64,000 nt of DNA from a virus (IMGVR_UViG_3300025670_000002); one strand, 5' to 3'; counted from the first letter of the stretch, positions 27,522 through 37,996 are shown. Notes: generated by a model not told the origin, from the sequence alone. Made by a program: numbers and translations.

Positions 27522-29449
27522 TGAAGATACTATCGGTGGATATAAATAATTTTCTGGTAATAGGAAAGGCAAAAGTTAATTTAAGTGACAGGGGGATTGT
27601 TCTTGTTCAGGGTGAAAACGAAGTTGATGGCTCTGCAAATTCAAATGGTGCGGGAAAGTCGTCGCTTGTTGATGCAATTAGCTGGTGTCTGTATGGCATA
27701 ACAGCAAGAGGTGTTGTCGGTGATGATGTCGTTAATAACAAAGTTGCCAAAGATTGTAGAGTTGTTGTCAATGTTGAAGATGACGGAAGTAAGTATCAGA
27801 TAATCAGACATCGAAAGCACAAGACTGGAAAGAACTCTTTATTGCTTATGAATGGCGAAAAAGATGCAACAGGCGGAACATCAAAGCTAACTCAGGAGTC
27901 CATTAATAAAATAATAGGTTGTTCCGCAGATGTATTCAATACTGCGGTATATGCGGGTCAAGAACAGATGCCTGATTTGCCTGGCATGACTGACAAACAA
28001 TTAAAGATGCTAATTGAAGAGGCCGCTGGTGTAGAGCGCCTTCAACAGGCACACATTGTAGCCATAAAAAAACTATCTGTTGCAAAGAGCAAAATGGATG
28101 CGATTGAATCAAATGTTGTGAGTGAGATGTCAGGCAGAGAGGATGACGGTAGAAAGCTGACTGACGCACTCGATAAGCACTCCGCTTACAAACGTGGAGT
28201 CACTGGTGATATTGTCAAAGCGGCTGCCGATGCTCATGATGCAAGAGATGAATCCGATAAGCTTGAAAAGCTGCGGATGAAACTTCGTGATGAAAGTGCA
28301 ATCAGATCGGACATTGGTTGCATAGCGGATGACATAGCGCGTAACAAGGGTGAAGTTGAAAAACTTGGTGAACTAAAGAATGTATTGATAGATTTGGAAT
28401 ACGATCTGAAAGTGGCCCAGCGCGATGTGAGAGTTGCAACGATGGATTGCAAAAAGCAGAAAAAATCAATTGATGATATTGATGATGTAGTTGGCACTCC
28501 ATGTGGCGAATGCGGTAAAGAGTATCGCAGTGAGGACATCGGCGATGCAAGAGACGCAATGAAGTCCAAGCTAAGAAATAAGCTTGTTGAATTAAAGACG
28601 TTAAAAGAGTCTATGGAGTCGCTAAGGAACGCTGTAAATATCGCGAATAACGAGCTTAACAAGTTTGCTAGTGCAATGATTGATGTTAGTGAAGTTTTAG
28701 AGCGTCACGGTGCTTTAACGAGCGAGTTAGAAGAGGTGAACGGTTTTGCACACAAGGTAACAAAGCAGAGTGACTTGGCAGACAAGCTTGATGAAAAGGT
28801 TTTGCGACTAAAGGAGTCTTCTGAGCTGAACCCTTTTGACAAGTTGATAGAAATGTTGCGTGAAAATCTCAAGAGTTCAGAGGAAAGAGAGATGATGCTT
28901 CGTGATGACCTTAAAAAGTCAGAGAGTTTGGTTGAGGTTACAAACGATGCTGTTGAAATTTTCGGCAGATCGGGTGTAAGAGCGCATATTATCGACACCG
29001 TAACGCCATTTCTTAATGAAAAGACGGCTGAGTATCTAACCGAGTTGACAGAAGGAAGTATTTCTGCGATTTGGTCAACCATCAGCAAGACATCGAAGGG
29101 TGAGTTGCGTGAAAAATTTGGCATCGCAGTTGAAAAAGAGAATGGTGCGAAAAATTTCAGAGGGCTATCTGGTGGTGAAAAGAGAAAGGTAAGAATTGCA
29201 ACGTCAATGGCTCTGCAAGATTTGGTGGCATCGCGAGCAAGTAAGCCAATCAGTCTGTATATGGCGGATGAAATTGACGATGCGCTAGACACGTCGGGAC
29301 TTGAGAGACTAATGGGTGTCCTCACTGCAAAATCAAGAGAGAAGGGGACGGTGCTTGTTATATCGCATAACAATCTATCGGACTGGATTGAAAAAGAAAT
29401 TACCGTTAGAAATGTTGGCGGGGTTTCTACTGTTGATGGAGCGGTGTAA
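27521..29449 (+). CDS. sbcC: SbcC/Rad50-like ATPase (gp46-like)
   Basis: Walker A GAGKSS, a long coiled coil, ABC signature LSGGEKRK, Walker B YMADEIDDALD. Confidence 0.8.
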   Translation: MKILSVDINNFLVIGKAKVNLSDRGIVLVQGENEVDGSANSNGAGKSSLVDAISWCLYGITARGVVGDDVVNNKVAKDCRVVVNVEDDGSKYQIIRHRKHKTGKNSLLLMNGEKDATGGTSKLTQESINKIIGCSADVFNTAVYAGQEQMPDLPGMTDKQLKMLIEEAAGVERLQQAHIVAIKKLSVAKSKMDAIESNVVSEMSGREDDGRKLTDALDKHSAYKRGVTGDIVKAAADAHDARDESDKLEKLRMKLRDESAIRSDIGCIADDIARNKGEVEKLGELKNVLIDLEYDLKVAQRDVRVATMDCKKQKKSIDDIDDVVGTPCGECGKEYRSEDIGDARDAMKSKLRNKLVELKTLKESMESLRNAVNIANNELNKFASAMIDVSEVLERHGALTSELEEVNGFAHKVTKQSDLADKLDEKVLRLKESSELNPFDKLIEMLRENLKSSEEREMMLRDDLKKSESLVEVTNDAVEIFGRSGVRAHIIDTVTPFLNEKTAEYLTELTEGSISAIWSTISKTSKGELREKFGIAVEKENGAKNFRGLSGGEKRKVRIATSMALQDLVASRASKPISLYMADEIDDALDTSGLERLMGVLTAKSREKGTVLVISHNNLSDWIEKEITVRNVGGVSTVDGAV

Positions 29450-29970
29450 TGGTTGATGAAGCGTCAACGCCAAGAATGCTGCTGGATATTATGGAGGGTG
29501 CGGTATCTAGTGTAAATAAGAAAATTAGAGACGCAACGATGCTTAGTAAGGGTGCGTTGATTTACAAACTAAATCAGCCCATCTCGGTAACAAAAAGGAT
29601 TGGGAGTAAGTATAGAAAGGAGCCGCTAATTGGCGGTGAAGAGTTTCAGGTAAAGAAGGTTTATTTTGGCAAAAAGAAAAGGCCAATATTTGTATTTAGA
29701 CAGATCGGAAGGTCACCTTCCGAAGCTGTCGAGATGATGGGTGAAGATGCAATCGAAGTTCTCGATGGCTTTGGTGACTTCATTGAGCAAGTGATGGATG
29801 GCGGTGCGCTTGCGATAGTTGAGAGCAGAGCCAGAGAGATTGAGGGTTTCAAATCAAAGGCTGACTACGAAAAGGAGGAGGCTGTTAAAGAAAAGGAGCG
29901 TGCTGTAAAGAAAAAAATCATAGAAAAGGAGGAGTTTTACGATGACAAAGACGATTACGGGAGTTGGTAA
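29449..29970 (+). CDS. hypothetical protein ending ...DDYGSW-COOH
   Basis: 173-aa ORF coupled to sbcC. Shares the GSW C-terminal tail. Confidence 0.5.
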   Translation: MVDEASTPRMLLDIMEGAVSSVNKKIRDATMLSKGALIYKLNQPISVTKRIGSKYRKEPLIGGEEFQVKKVYFGKKKRPIFVFRQIGRSPSEAVEMMGEDAIEVLDGFGDFIEQVMDGGALAIVESRAREIEGFKSKADYEKEEAVKEKERAVKKKIIEKEEFYDDKDDYGSW

Positions 29971-30156
29971 ATGAAAGTAGGTGACATCGTTGTGATGAGA
30001 TACGGGTGTTATTGATGAAAGATCACGAAATAGCGGGCTTGGTGAACGCACTGAGAGATGAATTGTTTAGTAGATTCCCAGTGCTGCCCCAGTGCTTGCG
30101 TGAAATAATACGCAATGTTGTGATTAATTTTTTAGAAAAAGAGGGGTTAAAGAAGG

Positions 30157-30351
30157 ATGACAGTAAGTAGTGTGATTATTAAAAATCTTGAGCGCAGATA
30201 TGAGAGTGCAAAAAGAGTGGTGGAGAGAGAAAGGGAGAAGAGTTACCCCAAGAGCGGAATAGTGCCTTTGGATTTGGCACTTGCAAGAGAGTCTGAGGCG
30301 CAATGCGCACTTCAAGCATCAATATCAATATTCAACGGGAATGAGCCATGA
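30157..30351 (+). CDS. small hypothetical protein
   Basis: 64-aa ORF with RBS AAGAAGGATG. Confidence 0.3.
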   Translation: MTVSSVIIKNLERRYESAKRVVEREREKSYPKSGIVPLDLALARESEAQCALQASISIFNGNEP

Positions 30352-30626
30352 GTGACTTGGATGAAAGAATGAAGAGCGCAGGAATGATGTCAGTGTCGGA
30401 AATGCTAGGGAGGACTCCTTTGGACGCATTTGTTGGAAACGCACAGGTGACCGATCTCAAAACATTTGAAGAGTGGGTTCTGATGAGACGTGAGAAGTTT
30501 ATTAGAATGCAGATTGGAATGACTTTGGATAGTAACGAAAGTGATGAAATGTTTGAGTGGGTGATTGCTCACAATGCAATTCTTGCTGAGGTAATTGTAA
30601 ACTTTAGACAGGCAATTGGGAAATAG
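30348..30626 (+). CDS. hypothetical protein
   Basis: 92-aa ORF coupled to its neighbours. Confidence 0.4.
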   Translation: MSDLDERMKSAGMMSVSEMLGRTPLDAFVGNAQVTDLKTFEEWVLMRREKFIRMQIGMTLDSNESDEMFEWVIAHNAILAEVIVNFRQAIGK

Positions 30627-31206
30627 AATGAGTGAGATAAAAATTGTAAGCTTTGATCCATCGTTATGTAACTTTGGGATAGCAACGCTGACGCTGGATA
30701 CAGAAGACAATTCAATTAAGGTCAACACATTGATCTTGGCTAAACCAACCAAAGCTGACAACGCAACAAAGAAGTCCGTAAGAAAAAACAGTGACGATCT
30801 CAGAAGGGCAAGATGGCTTCAAAAGCACATGGTTGACTCATGCAAAGGTGCGGCAATAGCAATTGCAGAAGTCCCCGTTGGCTCTCAGTCAGCAAGGGCG
30901 ATGGCAAGTTATGGCATTTGCTTAGGCGTTCTTGCTTCGTGCCCAATACCGTTAATCGAAGTGACACCTGCTGAGGTAAAAATGGTGTCGGTTGGCAAAA
31001 AGACGGCTAGTAAAGCGGAAATGATTGCGTGGGCGACAAAGAAGCACCCAGAGGGCAACTGGAATACCAGAAAGCTAAAGGGCGAAATGGTTCTTACCAA
31101 TGACAACGAACATTTGGCAGATGCAGTAGCGGCGGCCTATGCGGGCATGGAGTCAGAGCAGTTCAAGTCGGCAATTGAGATGCTTAGAATGATGAAGATG
31201 GCTTAA
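30616..31206 (+). CDS. RuvC-fold Holliday-junction resolvase-like protein
   Basis: N-terminal IVSFDPSLCNFGIATL resembles the RuvC DPG...G start. The C-terminal HLADAVAAAYAG resembles the catalytic H..D helix. Confidence 0.5.
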   Translation: MGNRMSEIKIVSFDPSLCNFGIATLTLDTEDNSIKVNTLILAKPTKADNATKKSVRKNSDDLRRARWLQKHMVDSCKGAAIAIAEVPVGSQSARAMASYGICLGVLASCPIPLIEVTPAEVKMVSVGKKTASKAEMIAWATKKHPEGNWNTRKLKGEMVLTNDNEHLADAVAAAYAGMESEQFKSAIEMLRMMKMA

Positions 31207-31221
31207 TTTTTGTGGATCATA

Positions 31222-31250
31222 TAGTAAGTAAGTGGTGACTTATTATATAA
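31222..31250 (+). promoter_or_regulatory. family A motif TAGTAAGTAAGTGGTGACTTATTATATAATC upstream of nrdA
   Basis: TAAGT..TGACTTA core plus TATAAT. Confidence 0.4.
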
Positions 31251-31310
31251 TCAAGCACTAAAGGTGAGATGCAGACCGTATAACTGCTGTTAATATTAAA
31301 TGGGAAATGC

Positions 31311-34300
31311 TTGATGGCGATAGAAGTAGAAAAAAGAAATGGCAGAAGAGAGCTGCTGAATGTAGGTAAGATTCACAAAGCAGTCCAATGGGCCTGCGAT
31401 GGACTTGACGTATCTTTGTCTGAAATAGAGACGGGTGCGCACATTCAGTTCTTCAATGGAATTAAGACCAGCGACATTCAGAGCGCGTTGATAGGGTCTG
31501 CTGCGTCGTTAATTGATGTTGATACGCCAGACTACGAATACGCAGCGGCAAGATTGATGTTGTTGCAGATTTATAAAGAAGCTGGCATGGGGGAGGTGTC
31601 GTATCTAAGCTTGGATGACTACGTTGCGCACGGTATTGAGATTGGAAGACTGTCTCCTGAATTGGCAAAGTTTGACCTGGAAGAGCTGGATAAGGGTATT
31701 GATCCAGAAAGAGATATGCAGTTTAAGTATCTAGGCATGCAAACGGTGTATGACCGATATTTGATTCAAGAAAATCCAGAAGTAGGAAGTGATCGCGGCA
31801 GAGTTATTGAAATGCCTCAGCACATGTGGATGCGTATTGCGATGGGGCTGGCTTTAAACGAGTTGTCAGAAGAAAGAACATTTAGAGCTATTCAGTTCTA
31901 CGATATTTTGTCCAAATTTGAGTTTGTGAGCTCAACACCAACTCTGTTTAATTCTGGAACAACACATCCTCAAATGAGTTCGTGCTTTGTGAATACAGTG
32001 CAGGATGCTATTTGGGAAAGATCGCAAAACAACCCAATTGGCGATGGGATATTTGGAACAATCACCGAATGTGCTTTGTTGTCAAAGTTTGCTGGTGGTA
32101 TTGGGACTGATTGGACTAGGGTTAGACCAACTGGTTCGCACATTAAATCAACTAATGGAACGTCGTCCGGAATCGTTCCTTACCTAAAAGTGTTTAATGA
32201 CACTGCGGTTGCGGTTAATCAATCATTCACACCCGACACCATGTTGGTTACAAAGGATGGATTTAAGCGCATTGAGGATGTTGTGAGTGCCGATCTTTTG
32301 ATGAATGGGTCTGGTGACTTTAGAGAGATAGAGAAGATAAAGTCATACGATCAGCACGACCCCGTTGTGTCAGTCAAGTTTGCCAGAGGAATTGAACCAG
32401 TGGAGGTGACATCCGGTCACAGATTTCTCGTAGTTAGGGGGATACGACTCAGAGAGTCATTTAAGCGCGTAAATTGGAATGATAAAAAAACCGAGTGGGT
32501 TGAGGCAAAAGATCTGTTGGATACTGACATGCTTTGTGTTGCGCAGCCAAGTCCTAATTCGGCACATTTGATACATTCGGAAGATGATTGCAGAATGTAT
32601 GGCGTCATGATTGGGGACGGTCACGTAAAGAAGGATAGGTATGAGGCTGGTGTATCTCTGGGCATCGACGGGAAGAGCGATGTCATTTCATTTGTGAGGT
32701 CGTATCTAAAAAGCAAGTCGGTTCATAGCTGGGAGACTGTTGACGGAAAGTGTCAGTATATTTCTTGGAACTCAAGAGACCTGCCTGCATTCTCAAGAAA
32801 TTCTCTTTATGATAAACACGGCGAAAAGAGAATTTGTGGGGACATGTTGAATGTCCCACCAACTCACGCAATATTCATAATTCAAGGCATGTTGGAGACA
32901 GACGGCTATTACAAGAAGTCAGGTTCAATGAACTATGTAACAACGTCAAGAAACCTTGCGGAGTCATTTAGGTTTTTATGCACAAAGTTTGGCGTTTTGC
33001 CAACGGGATATAGAAGAAAAATTTCTGGCGGAACGTTTACAAAAAGATGTGGCGAGAAGGTGAAGAGGGAGAACTGTAAAGATATTTATGAGGTGTCGAC
33101 TCCGATATTCTCAGAGATTTCTGATATTTTCGACGTCCCAAAGACAACAACGTTTCAAGGGTGGTATAGGCTCGAATCGGGCGCTTTGCTGAATAGGGTG
33201 AGATCGGTTACGCCAATTGACTATAGTGGCTACGTGTATGACTTTGAGATGGATGGCCCACATAGCTACTCGATCAGTGAGGGAATCGTGCATAACGGTG
33301 GCAAAAGAAATGGTAGTTTCGCGGCATACCTAGAACCCTGGCATGGCGATATTGAAAGATTCTTGTCACTCAAGAAGCCAAATGGTGACGAGCGTTTGCG
33401 GGCAAGGGAAATATTTCCTGCACTCTGGACAAATGACTTATTCATGGAGCGAGTTCGTGACCAGAAGGATTGGTCACTGTTTGACTCGCATGAATATCCA
33501 GAACTACATCAGCTTCATGGTGATGACTTCAAAATTGCTTACGAGCAAGCAGAAGCCGATGGGGGTGCGATAAGAACTGTTAATGCAGAAGTTCTCTGGA
33601 GAAAGATTATCACGGCTCTAGTAGAGTCTGGTGCGCCCTGGATTACATTCAAAGACGAGTTCAATAGAAGAAATCCTCAAAAACACATTGGTTCTATTTT
33701 ATCGAGCAACTTATGCTGCATGACGGCAGACCAAAGAGTTGTTACTGATGCAGGAATTATGACGGTTGGTGAGCTATATGCCTCCGAACGTAGTAATAAA
33801 GTCGTTGGCTTGTCTGAATTTAGTGATGCCTCAAAGATGCTTCTGCCAAGACCCAATGCGCCAATTGTTCAGATCAACACCGCAGAGGGATATGAGCACA
33901 AAGTAACTCCAGACCATAGAGTTTGGGTAAGAGATAAGGGGTGGGTTGAGGCGCAAGATTTGGAGTCTGGCGACAAGTTGCTAACTCAACAAATTGAAGG
34001 AATGTTTGGTGAACAGCATTTTCCAAAGCTTGCTTTGATTGCAGGCTTGGTAGCTGGTGACGGGACGTTTAGCGAAAAGGCTGGTTCAACAATATCAGTT
34101 CATATTGATTTGTGGGGCGAGAAGACTGGTAAATTCGTTCCTGTTGTTGAAAAGGTTGTTGAGAGTTTGATATGTGGTGAGGTAGCGTCTACATCATCGG
34201 TTCATAAGCCGAAGTTTTCATTCAATCACGCCAAGAACTCATATAGACTTTGCAGTGCGCCATTGGCAAGAGTTCTTGATGAAATGGGGTTCAATAAGCA

Positions 34301-35846
34301 AACTAAGTTAGATGTGCCTGATTTTGTTTGGAAGGGAACAAGATCAACAGTTATGGGGTATCTTAGAGGCTTGTATCTGACAGATGGAAACATACAGGTT
34401 GGTAAAGATGCGACATGCATGGCGCTGTCATCATCAAGTAGAGATTTCCTAAGAGATATTCAGATACTTTGGGCTAACTTTGGGGTCAAGTCGTCAATGA
34501 ATAAGGTTCATAACGGCGGCATGCGTGACTTTGGCGATGGGTATGGCGAGTATGAGTGCAAGACTGTCTGGAGATTGTTAATAACCTCAATTCAGGGCTG
34601 TCAGATTGCAGAGCGTGTGACCATGTTGGGCAAGTATAGAACTGGAGACGGTGCGGATACATTTGTTAGTAACCTAAGTAAGAAAGGGTATAAGCAGAAG
34701 CTATATGCAACATTCACTGACTTAACTGAGTTGCCAAATGAAGATGCCTACTGCTTGACTGTTGACTCAGAAACTCACGCTTGGACTGTAAATGGGCTGA
34801 TAACTCATAATACCGAAATTGCCTTAAATACGAGTGACGATGAGACCGCCGTTTGCAATCTGGGCTCAATTAATATATCAGTCGTCAAGCCTCACATGTT
34901 TAGCCGAGTGATTCCAATCGCAATGCGTATGCTTGACAACGTAATTGATTTGAATTTCTATCCAACTGAAAAGGCTCGCGCTACAAATATGAAGCACCGA
35001 CCTGTTGGATTGGGCTTGATGGGGTGGGCTGATTACATTGTTGAAAAAGGTATTGATTGGGAATCAATTGCTCACCTAAAAGAAACTGATAATGTTTTTG
35101 AGCAATTTTCTTACTGGGCAATTAGCGGCTCTGTTGATTTGGCACAAGAGCGCGGTGCTTATGAGTCATTCAAAGGCTCAAACTGGGACGAAGGCATTTT
35201 TCCAATTGACACCGCAAGGGAGCTACCGAGTGAATGGAGTGCCGATTCAAGCGAAAGAGTTATTACTCAATGGGATACGTTGAGAGCTCGCCTTGAAGAG
35301 CACGGCATTAGAAACTCCAACTGCACATCGTTAGCACCAACCGCAACTATTTCAAATCTTGTTGGAACTGAGCCTTGTATCGAGCCCCCTTTCAAGCAGG
35401 TCTCAATAAAAGAGAACAAGTCTGGCAAGTTTAAAGTTGTCGCACCTTCCCTACGTCACGGCAGACCTGAATTGGTAAAAGTTGCATTCAATATTGACCA
35501 GAAGTGGATCATTAGACCAGCCGCAGTTCGTCAAAAGTGGCTGTGTCAGTCGCAATCCGTGAACCTGTTTAAGAAGCTTGGTGTAAAGGGTAGCGTAATT
35601 AGCTCATGGTATTTCTTAGCATGGGAGTTAGGTCTTAAATCTACATACTACCTAAAGCAACAGATTAATGAGCTAACTGATGAAGAGGCTGGGACTTCGT
35701 TAGTCAAGCAGGCTCTTGAAAGGCTTGAGAAGCCTGTTGACCCTGTTGGTCCCGTTGAGGTTGATGGTGAGAAGAGTCTCGATGATATGGTTGATGGTGT
35801 AAAGGTTTGCAGTATCAGCAACCCAGAATGCGAGAGCTGTCAATAA
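31311..35846 (+). CDS. nrdA: class I ribonucleotide reductase alpha subunit (NrdA-like) with ATP cone and two inteins
   Basis: ATP cone VEKRNGRRELLNVGKIHKAV. PTLFNSGT...SSCFV. NQ|[intein]|GGKRNGSFAAYLEPWH. SNLC|[intein]|TEIALNTSDDETAVCNLGSINI. C-terminal CxxC tail. Confidence 0.9.
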   Translation: MMAIEVEKRNGRRELLNVGKIHKAVQWACDGLDVSLSEIETGAHIQFFNGIKTSDIQSALIGSAASLIDVDTPDYEYAAARLMLLQIYKEAGMGEVSYLSLDDYVAHGIEIGRLSPELAKFDLEELDKGIDPERDMQFKYLGMQTVYDRYLIQENPEVGSDRGRVIEMPQHMWMRIAMGLALNELSEERTFRAIQFYDILSKFEFVSSTPTLFNSGTTHPQMSSCFVNTVQDAIWERSQNNPIGDGIFGTITECALLSKFAGGIGTDWTRVRPTGSHIKSTNGTSSGIVPYLKVFNDTAVAVNQSFTPDTMLVTKDGFKRIEDVVSADLLMNGSGDFREIEKIKSYDQHDPVVSVKFARGIEPVEVTSGHRFLVVRGIRLRESFKRVNWNDKKTEWVEAKDLLDTDMLCVAQPSPNSAHLIHSEDDCRMYGVMIGDGHVKKDRYEAGVSLGIDGKSDVISFVRSYLKSKSVHSWETVDGKCQYISWNSRDLPAFSRNSLYDKHGEKRICGDMLNVPPTHAIFIIQGMLETDGYYKKSGSMNYVTTSRNLAESFRFLCTKFGVLPTGYRRKISGGTFTKRCGEKVKRENCKDIYEVSTPIFSEISDIFDVPKTTTFQGWYRLESGALLNRVRSVTPIDYSGYVYDFEMDGPHSYSISEGIVHNGGKRNGSFAAYLEPWHGDIERFLSLKKPNGDERLRAREIFPALWTNDLFMERVRDQKDWSLFDSHEYPELHQLHGDDFKIAYEQAEADGGAIRTVNAEVLWRKIITALVESGAPWITFKDEFNRRNPQKHIGSILSSNLCCMTADQRVVTDAGIMTVGELYASERSNKVVGLSEFSDASKMLLPRPNAPIVQINTAEGYEHKVTPDHRVWVRDKGWVEAQDLESGDKLLTQQIEGMFGEQHFPKLALIAGLVAGDGTFSEKAGSTISVHIDLWGEKTGKFVPVVEKVVESLICGEVASTSSVHKPKFSFNHAKNSYRLCSAPLARVLDEMGFNKQTKLDVPDFVWKGTRSTVMGYLRGLYLTDGNIQVGKDATCMALSSSSRDFLRDIQILWANFGVKSSMNKVHNGGMRDFGDGYGEYECKTVWRLLITSIQGCQIAERVTMLGKYRTGDGADTFVSNLSKKGYKQKLYATFTDLTELPNEDAYCLTVDSETHAWTVNGLITHNTEIALNTSDDETAVCNLGSINISVVKPHMFSRVIPIAMRMLDNVIDLNFYPTEKARATNMKHRPVGLGLMGWADYIVEKGIDWESIAHLKETDNVFEQFSYWAISGSVDLAQERGAYESFKGSNWDEGIFPIDTARELPSEWSADSSERVITQWDTLRARLEEHGIRNSNCTSLAPTATISNLVGTEPCIEPPFKQVSIKENKSGKFKVVAPSLRHGRPELVKVAFNIDQKWIIRPAAVRQKWLCQSQSVNLFKKLGVKGSVISSWYFLAWELGLKSTYYLKQQINELTDEEAGTSLVKQALERLEKPVDPVGPVEVDGEKSLDDMVDGVKVCSISNPECESCQ
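32223..33296 (+). mobile_element. RNR intein 1 (Ser1 ... IVHN, +1 Gly), LAGLIDADG type
   Basis: Block A SFTPDTMLVTKDG, block B TSGHRFLV, motifs VMIGDGHV and IIQGMLETDGYY, ends GIVHN. The residue after the insert is G. Confidence 0.65.
33717..34811 (+). mobile_element. RNR intein 2 (Cys1 ... ITHN, +1 Thr), LAGLIDADG type
   Basis: CMTADQRVVTDAG, VTPDHRVWV, LIAGLVAGDGTF, YLRGLYLTDGNI, ends LITHN followed by T. Confidence 0.8.
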
Positions 35847-35894
35847 CAAGTCTTGTGAATCTTGACAGTAACTTGGTTTAGTTAGTTTACCCAA

Positions 35895-35949
35895 TAATAA
35901 TAAGTCATTAGTGAGTTATAATAAGACTCATTAGTGACTTACTTAGAGG
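35895..35949 (+). promoter_or_regulatory. two tandem family A motifs (AATAATAAGTCATTAGTGAGTTATAAT / ATAAGACTCATTAGTGACTTACTTAGAGG)
   Basis: Duplicated palindromic element seen directly. Confidence 0.45.
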
Positions 35950-36116
35950 TGATAGATATGAGCGAAGGTGATGATTATTGTAGTGCTTGCAACGGTAGTG
36001 GCGAAGGTAGCTACGACGGGTCTTCTTGCTCGACATGTGGCGGATCAGGTCACGACAAGCAAGAGGTGGATGAACGCGACTGGGGTGATGTATATGACGA
36101 AGGATGGGGTGATTGA
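35934..36116 (+). CDS. small Cys-rich acidic protein (zinc-ribbon-like CSACNGSG..CSTCGGSG)
   Basis: 60-aa ORF with RBS GAGGTGATAGATATG. Confidence 0.4.
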   Translation: MTYLEVIDMSEGDDYCSACNGSGEGSYDGSSCSTCGGSGHDKQEVDERDWGDVYDEGWGD

Positions 36117-36185
36117 TGCCTGATGCAGATAGCATTTTAGCTATGGTGGCTTACTTTGTGATAATAGTGGCGGTAGTGGTTTTTA

Positions 36186-36458
36186 GTGCTCTTTTTGGTG
36201 AAAACGAGAGTGATGATAGATGCGGCTTATAAAGATGGACTGAGAGAAGTTATGAATGTGAATAATAAAGATAAAGAGAATATGGCATTTGGGTGTTTTG
36301 GAATTACGATTGCCGCAATCATTGTGTCGCTGGGCGGGTGGGTGACGCATGTTGTCTCCTGCATTCAAAGCGAAGATTGGTTGTTTTTAATTGCAGGTGC
36401 AATAGCAGCCCCAGTTGGAGTAATTCATGGGATTGGTATTTGGTTTGGGGCGTGGTAA
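36186..36458 (+). CDS. small membrane protein (two predicted TM segments) ending ..WFGAW
   Basis: Hydrophobic stretches FGCFGITIAAIIVSLGGWV and LFLIAGAIAAPVGVIHGIGIWFGAW. Confidence 0.4.
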   Translation: MLFLVKTRVMIDAAYKDGLREVMNVNNKDKENMAFGCFGITIAAIIVSLGGWVTHVVSCIQSEDWLFLIAGAIAAPVGVIHGIGIWFGAW

Positions 36459-36461
36459 ACA

Positions 36462-36644
36462 ATGTCAAATAAACAGTTTAATTTATGGCTAATCATTGCC
36501 CGACTTGTGCCAAAGAAATTGGTTTACGCATGTGCGGTCTTGGTTGCGGCATACGCAACATATGGCAAGAACGAAAAGAATAATTTATCTAAGCTAAAAG
36601 CTACTGATGCAATAAGAATATACGGTGATGGCAATGGCATTTAA
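36462..36644 (+). CDS. small hypothetical protein (one TM)
   Basis: 60-aa ORF coupled to its neighbours. Confidence 0.3.
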   Translation: MSNKQFNLWLIIARLVPKKLVYACAVLVAAYATYGKNEKNNLSKLKATDAIRIYGDGNGI

Positions 36645-37623
36645 TGTTAATGATAGACGGCTAATTGAGGGGCCGACGAACGACCTCATGCAAATTAGAC
36701 CCGTAAAGCATGGCTGGGCTATGGATGACCTTCAAAGAATGAAGGACAACACTTGGGATGAACGGGAAGTTGATTTAAGTGAGGATGCAAAACAGTATGC
36801 AACAGGAATGCTTAGTGATGGCAATCTAACCGCGTATAAGAAGGCTCTCGCGTTCCTAAGTAACTTGGATGGGATTCAGTTTAATAATTTAACGATGAAC
36901 ATCGGAAGACACATAACTTCGCCAGAAGCAAGTATGTGTGTTTCTCGTCAGGCATGGGAAGAGGCGCAGCACGTTCTTTCCTATGGCCAGATGATCGAAA
37001 GTATCGGTTTTGATCCAGAAGAAATCTACTGGATGTTTGAAGAAGACCCAATACTTGCCGAGAAGAACCGATACATAATGAGTTCGTCTCAGATTTTAGG
37101 GAAGGGGTTCACGCCAGAGAACTTTGTAAAAGCAGTTGCGGCAAATATTGCTTTGGAGGGTATTTACTTTTACAGCGGCTTTCTAACATTCTATGTATTA
37201 GAGCGTCAGGGCTTGATGAGAGGTAGCGCGAAGATGATTAAGCTCATTCAGCGTGACGAAGTGGGTCATCTGAACTTCTTCGTAAACATGTGGCATACGT
37301 TGCGTCAAGAGCGACCTGAGCTGTTTACTGAGCAGCTAATGAAGGACGTAATGACGATTATGACAGATGCGGTCGAACATGAGCGGGTTTGGGCTAAATA
37401 CATTATTGGTGAAGGCGTTCTGGGGCTAACTGAGGTGATTACCGACGATTTCATGGGCGTTCTTGGTAACAAACGTCTGGCATCTATGGGTTTGGAGCAA
37501 AAATACAAAGTGAGGGATTTGGTTTCTTGGTTCGATGATGCTTCGAGAGTGAATGGGACGGATGAAAACTCATTTGAAACAAAAGTGTCTGCGTATGCAA
37601 CAGGAGCGTTGGAGTGGAATTGA
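36625..37623 (+). CDS. nrdB: ribonucleotide reductase beta subunit (NrdB-like, ferritin fold)
   Basis: EEAQHVLSYGQMIESIG and RDEVGHLNFF di-iron ligand motifs. EGIYFYSGF. Confidence 0.85.
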   Translation: MMAMAFNVNDRRLIEGPTNDLMQIRPVKHGWAMDDLQRMKDNTWDEREVDLSEDAKQYATGMLSDGNLTAYKKALAFLSNLDGIQFNNLTMNIGRHITSPEASMCVSRQAWEEAQHVLSYGQMIESIGFDPEEIYWMFEEDPILAEKNRYIMSSSQILGKGFTPENFVKAVAANIALEGIYFYSGFLTFYVLERQGLMRGSAKMIKLIQRDEVGHLNFFVNMWHTLRQERPELFTEQLMKDVMTIMTDAVEHERVWAKYIIGEGVLGLTEVITDDFMGVLGNKRLASMGLEQKYKVRDLVSWFDDASRVNGTDENSFETKVSAYATGALEWN

Positions 37624-37784
37624 TTGATTTTTTAATGAGAGTTTTGTTTATTGTTGACATTAGACCAAATGGCATTTACGCACTTGATGTCCAGAATAAT
37701 AGATGGGAAAAAAGATTGTCAAGAAAGGTTGGTAACAAAAAGTAGCAAAAACAAGGCATTGGGGGTTGTGCTATTTTAAGCGTG

Positions 37785-37816
37785 AAAATAAGTCACTTAT
37801 GACTTACTTATCCCAG
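37785..37816 (+). promoter_or_regulatory. family A motif AAAATAAGTCACTTATGACTTACTTATCCCAG
   Basis: Palindromic core plus trailing TCCCAG. Confidence 0.4.
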
Positions 37817-37996
37817 ATGCATTGTGCAACAATACACTTTCTCGATAGAGAGTGACAATTAACTACAAGAATAGGGGGCAGCATGAAGTATGTATTAGCA
37901 ATCGCACAGGCATAGATAAAAAGAGCACGTTGCTGTTTGAAAACGGTGGGTTCGATTACTTCGGCCCACCAAAGTTATTAATATTTCGAGTAAAAA

